A stretch of 64,000 bases of DNA from a bacterium. Lineage in GTDB: Bacteria; Cyanobacteriota; Vampirovibrionia; Gastranaerophilales; JBAXKC01. The notes below the pieces were generated by a model, which made no database searches, was not told where the DNA came from, and saw only the letters and a list, made by a program, of their open reading frames with translations. Positions 52,667 through 62,849 of this stretch are shown here, in pieces (within the stretch, counting starts at the first letter, position 1; the number at the start of each line of letters is the position of its first letter). The position numbers were made by a program, and so were the translations under genes. Location: assembly GCA_037137535.1 (NCBI GenBank), contig JBAXKC010000004.1, forward strand, positions 32,001 through 96,000, read 5' to 3'.

Positions 52667-53908
52667 ATGACAAGTATCTATGTAATCGAAGTAGAAGGTC
52701 ACATTATAGACTCTCTAACATTACCAAAAATTATGGATACAATCCTTGATATGGGTGCCAGTTATAACATTGAAGATATTAAAATAGGCAATAAAAAAGA
52801 AGAATCATCATATGCAAGATTATGTATATCTGCTGAAGATGATGAAATAATGTCAAAAATACTTGAAAAAGTAACAAAACAGGGCGCAACACTTCTTAAA
52901 GAAGAAAATGTTACTTTAGGAGAAAGTGTTAAAGACCAAACAATGCCTGATGCTTTTTATTCCACAACAAACTTAAAAACTGATATTTTACTTGACGGAG
53001 AATGGATAGCTGTTGGTGATACCGCTATGGACTGCGGTATTGTTGTTAATACAGAAAATAAAACTGCGAAATGCCTTAAACTCAGCCAAATTAAAAAAGG
53101 CGATAAAATTGTTTTAGGCTATATGGGGGTTAGAGTTCATCCGCTTAAAAAACATGAAGATAAACAAGTTTTTTCTTTTATGGGAAGTGAAGTTTCATCA
53201 GAAAAACCAAAATCCTTGGTTATCAAGAAGATTGCAAAAAGAATGATCGAAATGAAAAAAAATAACGAAGGAAAAATTCTTTTTGTACTTGGGCCTGCCG
53301 TTGTTCATACAAAATCAAGAGAAGCCTTTTCAAAACTTATTGAACTGGGTTATGTCGACTATATGTTTGCAGGAAATGCTCTTGCAACACACGATATAGA
53401 AGCAGCTTTATATGGAACATCCTTAGGTGTCTCACTTGAAGATGGAACTCCTATCACAGGCGGACATTCACACCATTTAAGAGCTATAAATAAGGTCAAT
53501 CAATGCGGAAGTATTAGAAATGCCGTTGAATCAGGCATAGTAAGCAACGGAATTATGCACACCTGTATTAAAAATAATGTTGACTTCGTTTTAGCAGGTT
53601 CAATAAGAGATGACGGACCTTTACCGGAAGTTATAAGAAACTCTGTTGAAGCACAATGCGAAATGAAAAAACGTATCAACAAAGACGTACAAATGACCAT
53701 AATGGTTGCGAGCATGTTACATTCAATAGCAGTCGGCAACCTTTTACCTGCATATGTTGAGACCATATGCGTAGATATAAACCCTGCAGTTGTAACAAAA
53801 CTTGCAGATAGAGGCAGCTTCCAAACAATCGGGCTTGTAACCGATATAGAAGCATTTATGAGAGATCTGGCAGAATGTATTTCCGAGGAGACGAAAAACA
53901 ATGCATGA
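52667..53908 (+). CDS. TIGR00300-like LOR/SDH + ornithine cyclodeaminase protein (C-terminal part of AgrE/ArgZ)
   Basis: EGHIIDS, FYSTTN, FSFMGSEVSSEK, GNALATHDIE, LAGSIRDDGP and KLADRGS motifs. Confidence 0.85.
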   Translation: MTSIYVIEVEGHIIDSLTLPKIMDTILDMGASYNIEDIKIGNKKEESSYARLCISAEDDEIMSKILEKVTKQGATLLKEENVTLGESVKDQTMPDAFYSTTNLKTDILLDGEWIAVGDTAMDCGIVVNTENKTAKCLKLSQIKKGDKIVLGYMGVRVHPLKKHEDKQVFSFMGSEVSSEKPKSLVIKKIAKRMIEMKKNNEGKILFVLGPAVVHTKSREAFSKLIELGYVDYMFAGNALATHDIEAALYGTSLGVSLEDGTPITGGHSHHLRAINKVNQCGSIRNAVESGIVSNGIMHTCIKNNVDFVLAGSIRDDGPLPEVIRNSVEAQCEMKKRINKDVQMTIMVASMLHSIAVGNLLPAYVETICVDINPAVVTKLADRGSFQTIGLVTDIEAFMRDLAECISEETKNNA

Positions 53909-54698
53909 ACGAATTTTAATGTGCCCTCCGACCTATTTCAGTATTGATTATGCAATCAATCCATGGATGTCGGAAGAAACAAACTCTGACCTTGAGTTAA
54001 CAAAAAAACAATGGAACAACCTTAAAAGCACTTTAGAAAGTCTTGGTGCTGAAATTGTAGAAATGGAACCACAGCCAAATTTACCAGATCTGGTATTTAC
54101 TGCAAACGCAGCTGTAGTTTATAACAAAATTGCAATAATCAGCCGTTTCAGATTTGAAGAAAGAAGACCTGAAGAGCAATTCTTTGCTGACTGGTTCAGA
54201 AACAATGGATTTATAGTAAGTCTTTTACCTGAAGAAATTTGCTTTGAAGGTGCAGGCGATGCTCTTTTCATTGGTGATACCCTATTTTCAGGACATGCGC
54301 CACGTACAGACATCAACTCACATGCTCATATAGCTAAAATATTTAATATAAATGTTCTGTCTTTAGAGCTTGTAGACAAGAGATTTTACCATATTGACAC
54401 ATGTTTCTGTCCATTAACAGACGGTTATGTGATTTACTTCCCGGGCGCATTTGATGAATATGGCAACAAAGTTATTGAAGCTAATGTACCGCCCGAAAAA
54501 AGAATTGCGGTAACAGAAGAGGAAGCCTGTAAATTCAGCTGTAATGCAGTAAGTTTAGGTAAAAACGTTGTAATGAATAAAACAACTGACAGACTTAAAA
54601 AAGTGCTTGCAGATAAAGGCTTTAACACTCATGAAGTAGATCTTAGCGAATTCCTTAAATCAGGCGGTTCTGCAAAATGTTTAACTTTAAAAGTCTAA
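53901..54698 (+). CDS. Amidinotransferase-fold enzyme (arginine dihydrolase/DDAH-like)
   Basis: LMCPP.YF.IDYAINPWM, PDLVFTAN, FEGAGD, FYHIDTCF and GGSAKCL motifs. Confidence 0.87.
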   Translation: MHERILMCPPTYFSIDYAINPWMSEETNSDLELTKKQWNNLKSTLESLGAEIVEMEPQPNLPDLVFTANAAVVYNKIAIISRFRFEERRPEEQFFADWFRNNGFIVSLLPEEICFEGAGDALFIGDTLFSGHAPRTDINSHAHIAKIFNINVLSLELVDKRFYHIDTCFCPLTDGYVIYFPGAFDEYGNKVIEANVPPEKRIAVTEEEACKFSCNAVSLGKNVVMNKTTDRLKKVLADKGFNTHEVDLSEFLKSGGSAKCLTLKV

Positions 54699-54748
54699 AC
54701 AAATACTTGCATTCAAATACCAAATTAAATAAAATAATTTAACGATTA

Positions 54749-54800
54749 ATGTAAAAAGCCTTTTGTTTACCAACTCCATTTATGCAAAGGGCTTTTACAT
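54749..54800 (+). terminator. Hairpin after the amidinotransferase gene
   Basis: ATGTAAAAAGCCTTTTG...CAAAGGGCTTTTACAT. Confidence 0.5.
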
Positions 54801-54932
54801 AATCGGTAAAGAAAAGTAAACAAATCTCAATCAAATCAAAAGATAACGCAATTATATCGTTTAATATTTTTTAGTTAACATGTTTTTAAAATTCCAGCGT
54901 GTAGAATCATTAGAAGGCAGAAATCTTATTTA

Positions 54933-56786
54933 ATGGATATTGGTATTTTTAGACCCATAAATAAAGTTCTTATAGATAGAAAAAGTGATTTAAATAAAGC
55001 TATTGATAATGGCGTTATTAAAAAAAGCGTCAGTCAACTTGCTGATTCCAAAGCCATTTTGCCTGTTCTTCTACTTGAAGGAACAGTAATTTTAGGGAGA
55101 TGCTCACAGGCAAAAAAAAGAGACGAGCTTGAATTTAAAGAGCGCTTCAGAGAAGAGCTTTTAACCTCTGCTACATGGTTATTCGGGGTTGATGCCTTCA
55201 ATAAATCCTTTGATTATGCTCTTAAAAAAATACTTAAACTTGATACCAGCGCAGATATTTTTAAAGATGATGTTCTTAAAAGATTTACTAAAGGTCGCTC
55301 TGAGGCTTTCAAAAATACTCTTATCGGTGCAAAATTTACAAAAGTTGCAATAAGTACGGCAGCTACTATTTATATAATTGGCTCATTAATTCCAAAACTT
55401 AATCAATCTTTAACCCAAAAAGACATTGCAAAAGCAAAAGCCAAACTGGCTCAGTCAAACGCAGGTAAAACCATGAATTTACCTGCAAATTCGCTTATAA
55501 ATGGGTTGCCTAATAATCATCTTAATCAAAAATTAGCTAATTTTGGAACTCCAACATTCAGAAATAACAATACTAAACCTGCGACATTAATATCAAATCA
55601 GCCTCAAAAAACACCTGTTTCTTTTAAAGGTAATTTCTTAAATCTTGTTAACACAGTAGGATTTAACATGGAGTCTAATCCATGGTTTAAACTTTGGACT
55701 GGAGATGCGGGAGTTTCAGGCGGAAGAGCAATTCATGCCCGAAATAAAGACGAAAGAACAGAAATTCTTTTCCGAGATGTAGGGTCAATTTTCTTCTACA
55801 TGTTCTCAACCTCTATGACAATAAATGCACTTTCAAAAATGTTTGATCCAAGACTTGGAATTTATAGCGAGATTAACCCTAGTCTTGTGACACATTTAAA
55901 TGAAAGTATTCTTCAACATTCTAAAATTATGGATAAAGCTAAAAGCGAAAAGGGTATTAATTATACTGAATTTGAACATGCCTTATCAGGAAGAACAATA
56001 AGAGCTCAAAATGAAAGCTTACTTGGCGGAACAATAGAACCTGCTGTAAAAAATGAAATTAATGAAGCAATAGCACTAAGACAACAACTAAAAGCTCAAT
56101 CAAACTTATCAGATGAAATAAGGGTAATAGCTAACAAACTGCAAGAAAAAGGTCAATCTACAGAAGAAGGTCTATGTAAACAAGCTTCTGCTTTGGCTGA
56201 TGAATTATTCAAAAACTCAAGGCTTGGTATAGTAGATGAAAGAGTTAATAATGTTGAACAATTAATAACTCACTTAAAGTCAAAATTCTCTGACGTAATG
56301 GATACTAAAATTATCCAAGATATAACAGATGCAGCAAAAACAGCTACCGTTAAACTTTCCGATGCCGAACACAATGCAGCTCTTAAAGGCGGTTTAATAA
56401 ATAATCCTGAATTTATGGGCGAAGCCTGCAAAATTGCATTTGGTCCGACATGGAGCGACAAAGTTATTAATTTCATTGATCCAAAACGTCATATAGAAGC
56501 AAGTGATATTGAAGCGGTAAGTGAACATATTGATAAATATACAGAAAAACTTCTTGCTCATGTAAAAAAAGAAATTGGCGACAAAACAATTGATGATATA
56601 AAACTTAGTGAAATAATCACAGGCTTTAAGAATAAAACAGCTCTTACAAAAATAGCCTACTCTGCTTGTGGATTTGCGGTTTCTGCTTTATTCTTATCAA
56701 CATTAATACCAAAATGGCAACAAATGATTACAAAAATGAGAACAGGCAGCGATAAATTCCCTGGAACTAAGGACATGCAAGCGTGA
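54933..56786 (+). CDS. Hypothetical membrane protein with two homologous halves
   Basis: GR..A..DE..E...W/Y.F and ...LIPK..Q..T each occur twice, separated by an N/Q-rich linker ending PVSFKG. Confidence 0.8.
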   Translation: MDIGIFRPINKVLIDRKSDLNKAIDNGVIKKSVSQLADSKAILPVLLLEGTVILGRCSQAKKRDELEFKERFREELLTSATWLFGVDAFNKSFDYALKKILKLDTSADIFKDDVLKRFTKGRSEAFKNTLIGAKFTKVAISTAATIYIIGSLIPKLNQSLTQKDIAKAKAKLAQSNAGKTMNLPANSLINGLPNNHLNQKLANFGTPTFRNNNTKPATLISNQPQKTPVSFKGNFLNLVNTVGFNMESNPWFKLWTGDAGVSGGRAIHARNKDERTEILFRDVGSIFFYMFSTSMTINALSKMFDPRLGIYSEINPSLVTHLNESILQHSKIMDKAKSEKGINYTEFEHALSGRTIRAQNESLLGGTIEPAVKNEINEAIALRQQLKAQSNLSDEIRVIANKLQEKGQSTEEGLCKQASALADELFKNSRLGIVDERVNNVEQLITHLKSKFSDVMDTKIIQDITDAAKTATVKLSDAEHNAALKGGLINNPEFMGEACKIAFGPTWSDKVINFIDPKRHIEASDIEAVSEHIDKYTEKLLAHVKKEIGDKTIDDIKLSEIITGFKNKTALTKIAYSACGFAVSALFLSTLIPKWQQMITKMRTGSDKFPGTKDMQA

Positions 56787-58033
56787 AACAGCTATTCAAA
56801 GCCAAATATATAATTACAAATAGCTCCCGAATTATAAAAGACGGGGCTATTTTAATAGAAAACGGAAAAATCAAAGAAATAATGGAAGATAGCTGTGATT
56901 ATCCGCAAAATATAGTATTTGACTTTGGAAACAGCATTATTATGGCTGGGTTTATTAATCTTCATTGTCATTTGCAATTTACAAACTTAAATAAAACTAA
57001 AATTTCTACAAATATCGACTTTAGCGACTGGATAACGATACTAATAAAAGAATATGCAGCTTTTACTCCTGAAGAAAAAATGAACTCCTTTAAAAAAGGA
57101 TTAAAACAGGCCCTATTATCTGGAACAACAAGCATTTGTAATATCGGAAGAGAAACAGAATTTATTGAAATACTTGAAAAAATAGGTATGACATCGGTTT
57201 ATTTTATTGAAATGTTCTCAAATTCTATGGAAACAAGCAAAAGTGTATTTCAAAATTTTCAAGAAATCATTAAAACCTACCAATCTGAAAATATAAAAAT
57301 AGGAGCTTCTCCTCACTCCATCTATAATACTCATAAGCATTTATGGGACGAATTAAACAATTATTGCTCTAACAACAATATTCCGCTGCAAACACACCTT
57401 GCAGAAAGCGTTGACGAAAATAAATGGGTAAATCATTGCGAATCGGGAATAGATAAAATCCATGATTTAGTCGGATGGGAAGAGTTTGAAACTCAAATTA
57501 ATGCTAAAACTCCGATAGACTATCTTTTACAGCTAAACAGCCCACAAATTTTAAAAGATAGTCTTATTCTTGCTCATCTAAATCAGACAGAATTCATTGA
57601 GTTAAAGACATTAGACTATTTTGACATAAATATCGCTCATTGTCCCAGAAGTAATAAAATACTCCATAATAAGACTTTAGACCTAAAAGAGCTTTTAAAT
57701 TCAGACTTATTCAAAAACAGAATAGGCTTAGGCACAGACAGTCTTTTCAGCAATGAAGATTTAAGTATTTTTAATGAAGCAAAATATGCTCATAATCTAC
57801 ATAATCTTAATTTTGAACAATTTCTTGAACTATTAACCTCTAATGCTGCAAATATTTTAAAACTAAACAATAAAATCGGTTCTTTGGAGATTGGAAAACA
57901 GGCAGATTTTGTTATATTTAACTTAGAAGAGAATCAAAACTATACTGATATACTAAAGAAAGATGCACCTGATTTTGTATTTTTAAATGGGCAAAAAGTT
58001 ATTGATAACGGAGTTTTAACAATTGATATCTAA
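56783..58033 (+). CDS. Metal-dependent amidohydrolase (MtaD/chlorohydrolase-like)
   Basis: GFINLHCH, SPHS, HLAES, HCPRSN, LGTDS and GSLEIGKQAD motifs. Confidence 0.88.
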   Translation: MKQLFKAKYIITNSSRIIKDGAILIENGKIKEIMEDSCDYPQNIVFDFGNSIIMAGFINLHCHLQFTNLNKTKISTNIDFSDWITILIKEYAAFTPEEKMNSFKKGLKQALLSGTTSICNIGRETEFIEILEKIGMTSVYFIEMFSNSMETSKSVFQNFQEIIKTYQSENIKIGASPHSIYNTHKHLWDELNNYCSNNNIPLQTHLAESVDENKWVNHCESGIDKIHDLVGWEEFETQINAKTPIDYLLQLNSPQILKDSLILAHLNQTEFIELKTLDYFDINIAHCPRSNKILHNKTLDLKELLNSDLFKNRIGLGTDSLFSNEDLSIFNEAKYAHNLHNLNFEQFLELLTSNAANILKLNNKIGSLEIGKQADFVIFNLEENQNYTDILKKDAPDFVFLNGQKVIDNGVLTIDI

Positions 58034-60632
58034 AGAAGAAACCAAAGAATATATTCTTGACAATGGACTGAAAATATTGCTTCAACATCATCCAGGCACA
58101 AGCTCAGCCACTTTTATGATATGGTACAAAGTCGGTTCTGCTGATGAAATTGCTGGTAAAACAGGACTTTCTCATTTTTTAGAACATTTAAGTTTTAAAG
58201 AAACGGAGCTTTTCAAAAAAGGACAGATTGTAAGCGAAATAACCAGAAATGGCGGAATATTCAATGCCTATACAGGCAAAGATTTCACCTGTTATTATGA
58301 AACCTTTGCAACAAGCAGGTTAGAACTTGCCATGCTTATTGAATCTCAGCGAATGAATAACCTTATTATTGATAATAACGACAAAAATATTGAAATAGGA
58401 ATTATTTTATCAGAGCTTGAAAAAGGTTTTGACAATCCCTACACTGCTTTAGGCAATGAAATAAGAGTAGAAGCATACCCTGACAATGCCTACGGACATC
58501 CAATAGTTGGATTTGCTCAAGATGTAGAAAATACAACCGTAGAAGATTTAAAAGCTCATCATTCAAAATATTATGTTCCAAATAACGCAACTATTGTTAT
58601 TACAGGGAATTTTGACGAAGAACAGACCTTAAATACGATTAAAAAACATTTTGAACATATTCCACCCTCTAAAAATCCATTAAAACATATTCATAGAGAA
58701 TTCAAAAAAAATAACGGATTAAAGCGAGTAAAAGTTGAAAAAAATGGACCAAGCCACATAGTTAAACTGGCTTATAACATTCCATCAATCAAACATCCTG
58801 ACATTTATGCCCTTACCGTACTTGCAGAAATGCTTAACATAGGTATGAGCAGTCGATTTTATAAAAGCATGGTAGAACCAAGAATTTCTACCGATGTAAA
58901 CGTAGGTGCTGAATTATTAAGACACCCTGGGCTATTTACAGTTTTAACGACTCTTTATCCTGATATAGAGCATACTATTGCAGAAGAAGCTTTATTTGAG
59001 CAAATAGAAAACCTTAAAAAACTTAATCCGCCAACCGAAGATGAACTTAAAAAAACAAAAAGAAGGATTAAGTCTTCTTTTGAATTTAATAAAGACGGCA
59101 CATTTAAACTTGCTTATCTGCTGGGATATTATGAAACAATAGGCTCTCTTGATTTCATCGAGAATTATATTGAAAAAATTCAAAGCGTTACGACTGATGA
59201 CATTAGAAGAGTGGCTGAAGAGTATTTAACAGCTGATAATTGCGTAGTAGGTCATTTTGTCGCTAATGTTACAAACAACCGAAAAATAGCTCCCAAGTAC
59301 GAATACGAAGCACAGACACAAATACACACAGAATTTTCAGCACCACCAATTATATTAAGCGAAAAAATAATAAATAAACCGTTACTATTTAAGAAAAAAA
59401 CATTAAAAAATGGGATTAAAATAATCGTCTGCGAAAACAAAACAAATGACACCGTAAAATTATACGGAAGCATCGGAGCAGGAAACATTTATGGAGCACA
59501 ACACAATCCTATATTACCCGTTATGTGCGGAGGAATGCTTAACCGCGGCACAAAAAAAATGACAAAACTACAAATGGCTGAAATTATAGAAGCAAAAGGA
59601 GCTTCTACGGGAATAAGCAATATAGGAGAATCCGTCAATTTTTCTTTATCTTCTTTATCAGAAGATTTTTCTTCAATTTTAGGCTTTTTATCAGATATGA
59701 TTATAAATCCGTCATTTCCAGAAGAAGAATTTGATAAATATAAAAAATATGCACTTGCAGGAATGAAACAAAAAGAAAAAAACCCCTCTTATCTTGCTAT
59801 GTCTGAATTCACGAGGCAAATTTACCCTAAAAAACATATTTATTATTCTTATTCGATTGAAGAACAAAAAGAACAATTAGAAAATCTGACCTTAGACGAA
59901 GTAAAAGAATTTTATGAGAAATATTATACCCCTCATGATTTAATTTTAGCCATTTCAGGAAATATTTCAGCAGAAGAAACGTTTAAACTTGTTGAAGAAA
60001 ACTTTGGAAACTGGGAAAAACCTGCTGTAACCATGCCTGAATTAAAGCAAGTTATTTTCAATGAAAAGGAAATAACAAAATCAATATTAGTTGAAGATAA
60101 AGCCGAAACAGAAATAATATTTGGACATTACGGAAATCTATCCCGCAATAATACCGATTATTATGCAGCAACCGTTATGAATTTCATACTAGGCGGCGGA
60201 GGTGCTTTATCAAGCCGTCTAGGAAGAAGAATAAGAGAAGACTTAGGACTTGTTTATTCAATTTCTTCTTCATTTACCTCTTTTCAAGTTGCAGGCTCAT
60301 GGTCTGTTAAATATGCAATAGATAATAAATATGTTGATACTTCATTAAAGGCTTTAAAAGAAGAAATCAATCAATTTATAAAAAATGGACCGACAAAAGA
60401 AGAACTTGATAATGCAAAATCGTATATCATTGGATCACATCCGCTTAAATTTAGCAGTAATACAGGTATTGCGAGAGCACTTCTGACGAGTCAATATTAT
60501 AACCTTCAAGATGATTTTCTTGATAAGTATCCTGAAATAATCGAAGCATTAACACATGAAGATATTTTAAATGCTGCAAAAAAATATCTTCATCCTGAAC
60601 AAGCAATAACAATTCTTGCAGGAAGTTTTTAA
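58023..60632 (+). CDS. M16 (pitrilysin-family) zinc peptidase, fused two-subunit form
   Basis: HFLEH and FNAYT; the second half carries SRLGRRIREDLGLVYS. Confidence 0.92.
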   Translation: MISKEETKEYILDNGLKILLQHHPGTSSATFMIWYKVGSADEIAGKTGLSHFLEHLSFKETELFKKGQIVSEITRNGGIFNAYTGKDFTCYYETFATSRLELAMLIESQRMNNLIIDNNDKNIEIGIILSELEKGFDNPYTALGNEIRVEAYPDNAYGHPIVGFAQDVENTTVEDLKAHHSKYYVPNNATIVITGNFDEEQTLNTIKKHFEHIPPSKNPLKHIHREFKKNNGLKRVKVEKNGPSHIVKLAYNIPSIKHPDIYALTVLAEMLNIGMSSRFYKSMVEPRISTDVNVGAELLRHPGLFTVLTTLYPDIEHTIAEEALFEQIENLKKLNPPTEDELKKTKRRIKSSFEFNKDGTFKLAYLLGYYETIGSLDFIENYIEKIQSVTTDDIRRVAEEYLTADNCVVGHFVANVTNNRKIAPKYEYEAQTQIHTEFSAPPIILSEKIINKPLLFKKKTLKNGIKIIVCENKTNDTVKLYGSIGAGNIYGAQHNPILPVMCGGMLNRGTKKMTKLQMAEIIEAKGASTGISNIGESVNFSLSSLSEDFSSILGFLSDMIINPSFPEEEFDKYKKYALAGMKQKEKNPSYLAMSEFTRQIYPKKHIYYSYSIEEQKEQLENLTLDEVKEFYEKYYTPHDLILAISGNISAEETFKLVEENFGNWEKPAVTMPELKQVIFNEKEITKSILVEDKAETEIIFGHYGNLSRNNTDYYAATVMNFILGGGGALSSRLGRRIREDLGLVYSISSSFTSFQVAGSWSVKYAIDNKYVDTSLKALKEEINQFIKNGPTKEELDNAKSYIIGSHPLKFSSNTGIARALLTSQYYNLQDDFLDKYPEIIEALTHEDILNAAKKYLHPEQAITILAGSF

Positions 60633-60769
60633 AAATTTATGATTAAATACTTAAAAAAACAGAAATTAATAATAATTTTTATTAATTATTTTACATTTTT
60701 AATAAAATACTAATATATTTCTATTAAAATTTTAAGTAATACAATATTAAAGTAATAATTGAGGGTCAT

Positions 60770-62830
60770 ATGAGTTTAAATTTAATCAATTTAACCCATA
60801 GGGGATTAGAATCGAATAAGAACAAAGTTAAAAACCATAATATCTTAACATTTACAAAATATACCAATAATAATCAGTCTCTTCCTAAAATTGATAATTC
60901 AATTGATAACGAAGAGACTGTTTCTTTACCGGGTATTAAAAAAGAAACGGCAAGCAAACTAATTTTAGCGGCAAATATGGCACATTGCAGTCTTGATGAA
61001 TATTTAAGAATGACTGTTCCTATTTTAAGAACAAAAAATGTTTCAGGAGTAAAACCAGAAAACAGCATAACTGCAAAGGTAGGCAACTGCCTTGTTACGT
61101 CATTAATTGACGGCGGACAAATTTTTAACAAAGTTCAAGACTATATTCAAAACGCAGAAAAAAGTATTCAAATCGAAATGTTTGAATTTCAAAATAAAAA
61201 TATTGACGGTGATATATGGCCTACAAGTGGTGCTGAATATTTACCTGGTTCACAAGAACAGCAAAATATCTTAAATTTACTTATTCATAAGAAAAAAGAA
61301 TCCGAAAAAAAAGGAAAACCTTTAAATATTCAAGTAATTCTTGATAGTCATAAATGGTATCAGGATGGGCTCGGGAACCATAAAAGACATTATAACAACT
61401 TAAAAATGATACATTACCTTAAAGAAAATGGTATTGACGTTGTTCCATATCCTAGAGCCGTTCAAGGAGGAACCACTCTTCAACACGTCAAAATGCTTGC
61501 AGTAGACGGGAACAAAGTAATACTTGGAGGAATGAATTGGGGAAATCACTCAACCGCAAACCATGATGCTTGTGTCGCAATAGAAACAGCCCCAGACAAA
61601 ACAAACTCCGAAGTTGATAACATTATTGATGAAGTTTTCAACAAAGACTGGAAATTTGCTTGGCAAAGACTGGGACATACAAGATTAATTCCCGGCCCTT
61701 TAACAGAAGAAGAAAAACAATATTATTCAGGACCAAAAAGAAAAATCTTAGCGGAAAATGTTGCTTATAATGAAAATATTGCCAAATTATTTGATAATCC
61801 TATAGATAAAACCAGATATGAAAATAATGAGCTAAATTTAGTAAAAGTTAATCCTGTTAAAAATCCTAAAATAGGAGTTCTGGTTAACTCTCCAAGAGAA
61901 TATTCTTTCATAGGAGAAGAAGGAAAAGAATCAATAGGAAATCATATTAAAGAAAGATTAAATACAGCAAGCTCAATAAAAGCAGAGCTTTTTGTTCTTA
62001 GCCACAAAGAAATTGTTCAAAAAATAATAGAACGACACAAAGAAGCCCAAACACCGGGCGGCAGACCTTTTAAAGCTGAAATATTACTACATCCAGGCAT
62101 ATTAGATGATTTTCCATATTGTAGAATGGCGGAATCATTATTAAAAGAAGCTGGTGTTCCTATTCGTACATATAAAACAAATGATGAAATAAAACAGCGA
62201 CTTCACGCAAAATGGGCGGTTTTTGATAATAAAGAAGTTGTAATAGGCTCTGCTAACTGGTCAGCAGCAGGGTTAGAAAATAATCTTGATAAAGGAAAAA
62301 GAAACGATTACCCTTTAACAAATGATTTAATTAATGAAGAAATATCTGACTATTCTGAAGATATTAAATTTCTTGAAGAAAGAGTTATCGGGGAAAAACC
62401 TTCTTTTATTTTCGATGGAGAGCTTGATTTTGAAACCTTTAAAGATAACAATGTAACATTAAGTTGTACGGCTTACAGAATAAAAAGCGGAAAACTTGAG
62501 CTTTCTGATAAAGTTGCTCTTAAAAATGGCGATTATGTTCCTAAAAACACCTACATGAAATACATAAAAGAATTATCGGGATATTATAAAACTATCTTTG
62601 AGCTTACCTCAAAGAAAAATGAATACAGAAGAGGTAATCATGAATGTGCTGTTGTGTTTGACAGTCCTGAAATAGCAAATACCTTCATCCGTCAGTTTGA
62701 CAAAGACTGGGAATACAGTATTCCGGAAACAGAAAAACACATAGATAACGCTGAGCAGATCGCATTTAAAGGAAATCTGCTCCATAAATTTGCAAAAACA
62801 AAAGAGCCGACTTTTAATAAACTGATATAA
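60770..62830 (+). CDS. Phospholipase D-superfamily protein with two HKD motifs and an N-terminal extension
   Basis: HVKMLAVD...GGMN and HAKWAVFD...GSAN. Confidence 0.9.
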   Translation: MSLNLINLTHRGLESNKNKVKNHNILTFTKYTNNNQSLPKIDNSIDNEETVSLPGIKKETASKLILAANMAHCSLDEYLRMTVPILRTKNVSGVKPENSITAKVGNCLVTSLIDGGQIFNKVQDYIQNAEKSIQIEMFEFQNKNIDGDIWPTSGAEYLPGSQEQQNILNLLIHKKKESEKKGKPLNIQVILDSHKWYQDGLGNHKRHYNNLKMIHYLKENGIDVVPYPRAVQGGTTLQHVKMLAVDGNKVILGGMNWGNHSTANHDACVAIETAPDKTNSEVDNIIDEVFNKDWKFAWQRLGHTRLIPGPLTEEEKQYYSGPKRKILAENVAYNENIAKLFDNPIDKTRYENNELNLVKVNPVKNPKIGVLVNSPREYSFIGEEGKESIGNHIKERLNTASSIKAELFVLSHKEIVQKIIERHKEAQTPGGRPFKAEILLHPGILDDFPYCRMAESLLKEAGVPIRTYKTNDEIKQRLHAKWAVFDNKEVVIGSANWSAAGLENNLDKGKRNDYPLTNDLINEEISDYSEDIKFLEERVIGEKPSFIFDGELDFETFKDNNVTLSCTAYRIKSGKLELSDKVALKNGDYVPKNTYMKYIKELSGYYKTIFELTSKKNEYRRGNHECAVVFDSPEIANTFIRQFDKDWEYSIPETEKHIDNAEQIAFKGNLLHKFAKTKEPTFNKLI

Positions 62831-62849
62831 GTGAATTTAGGAAACTAAC

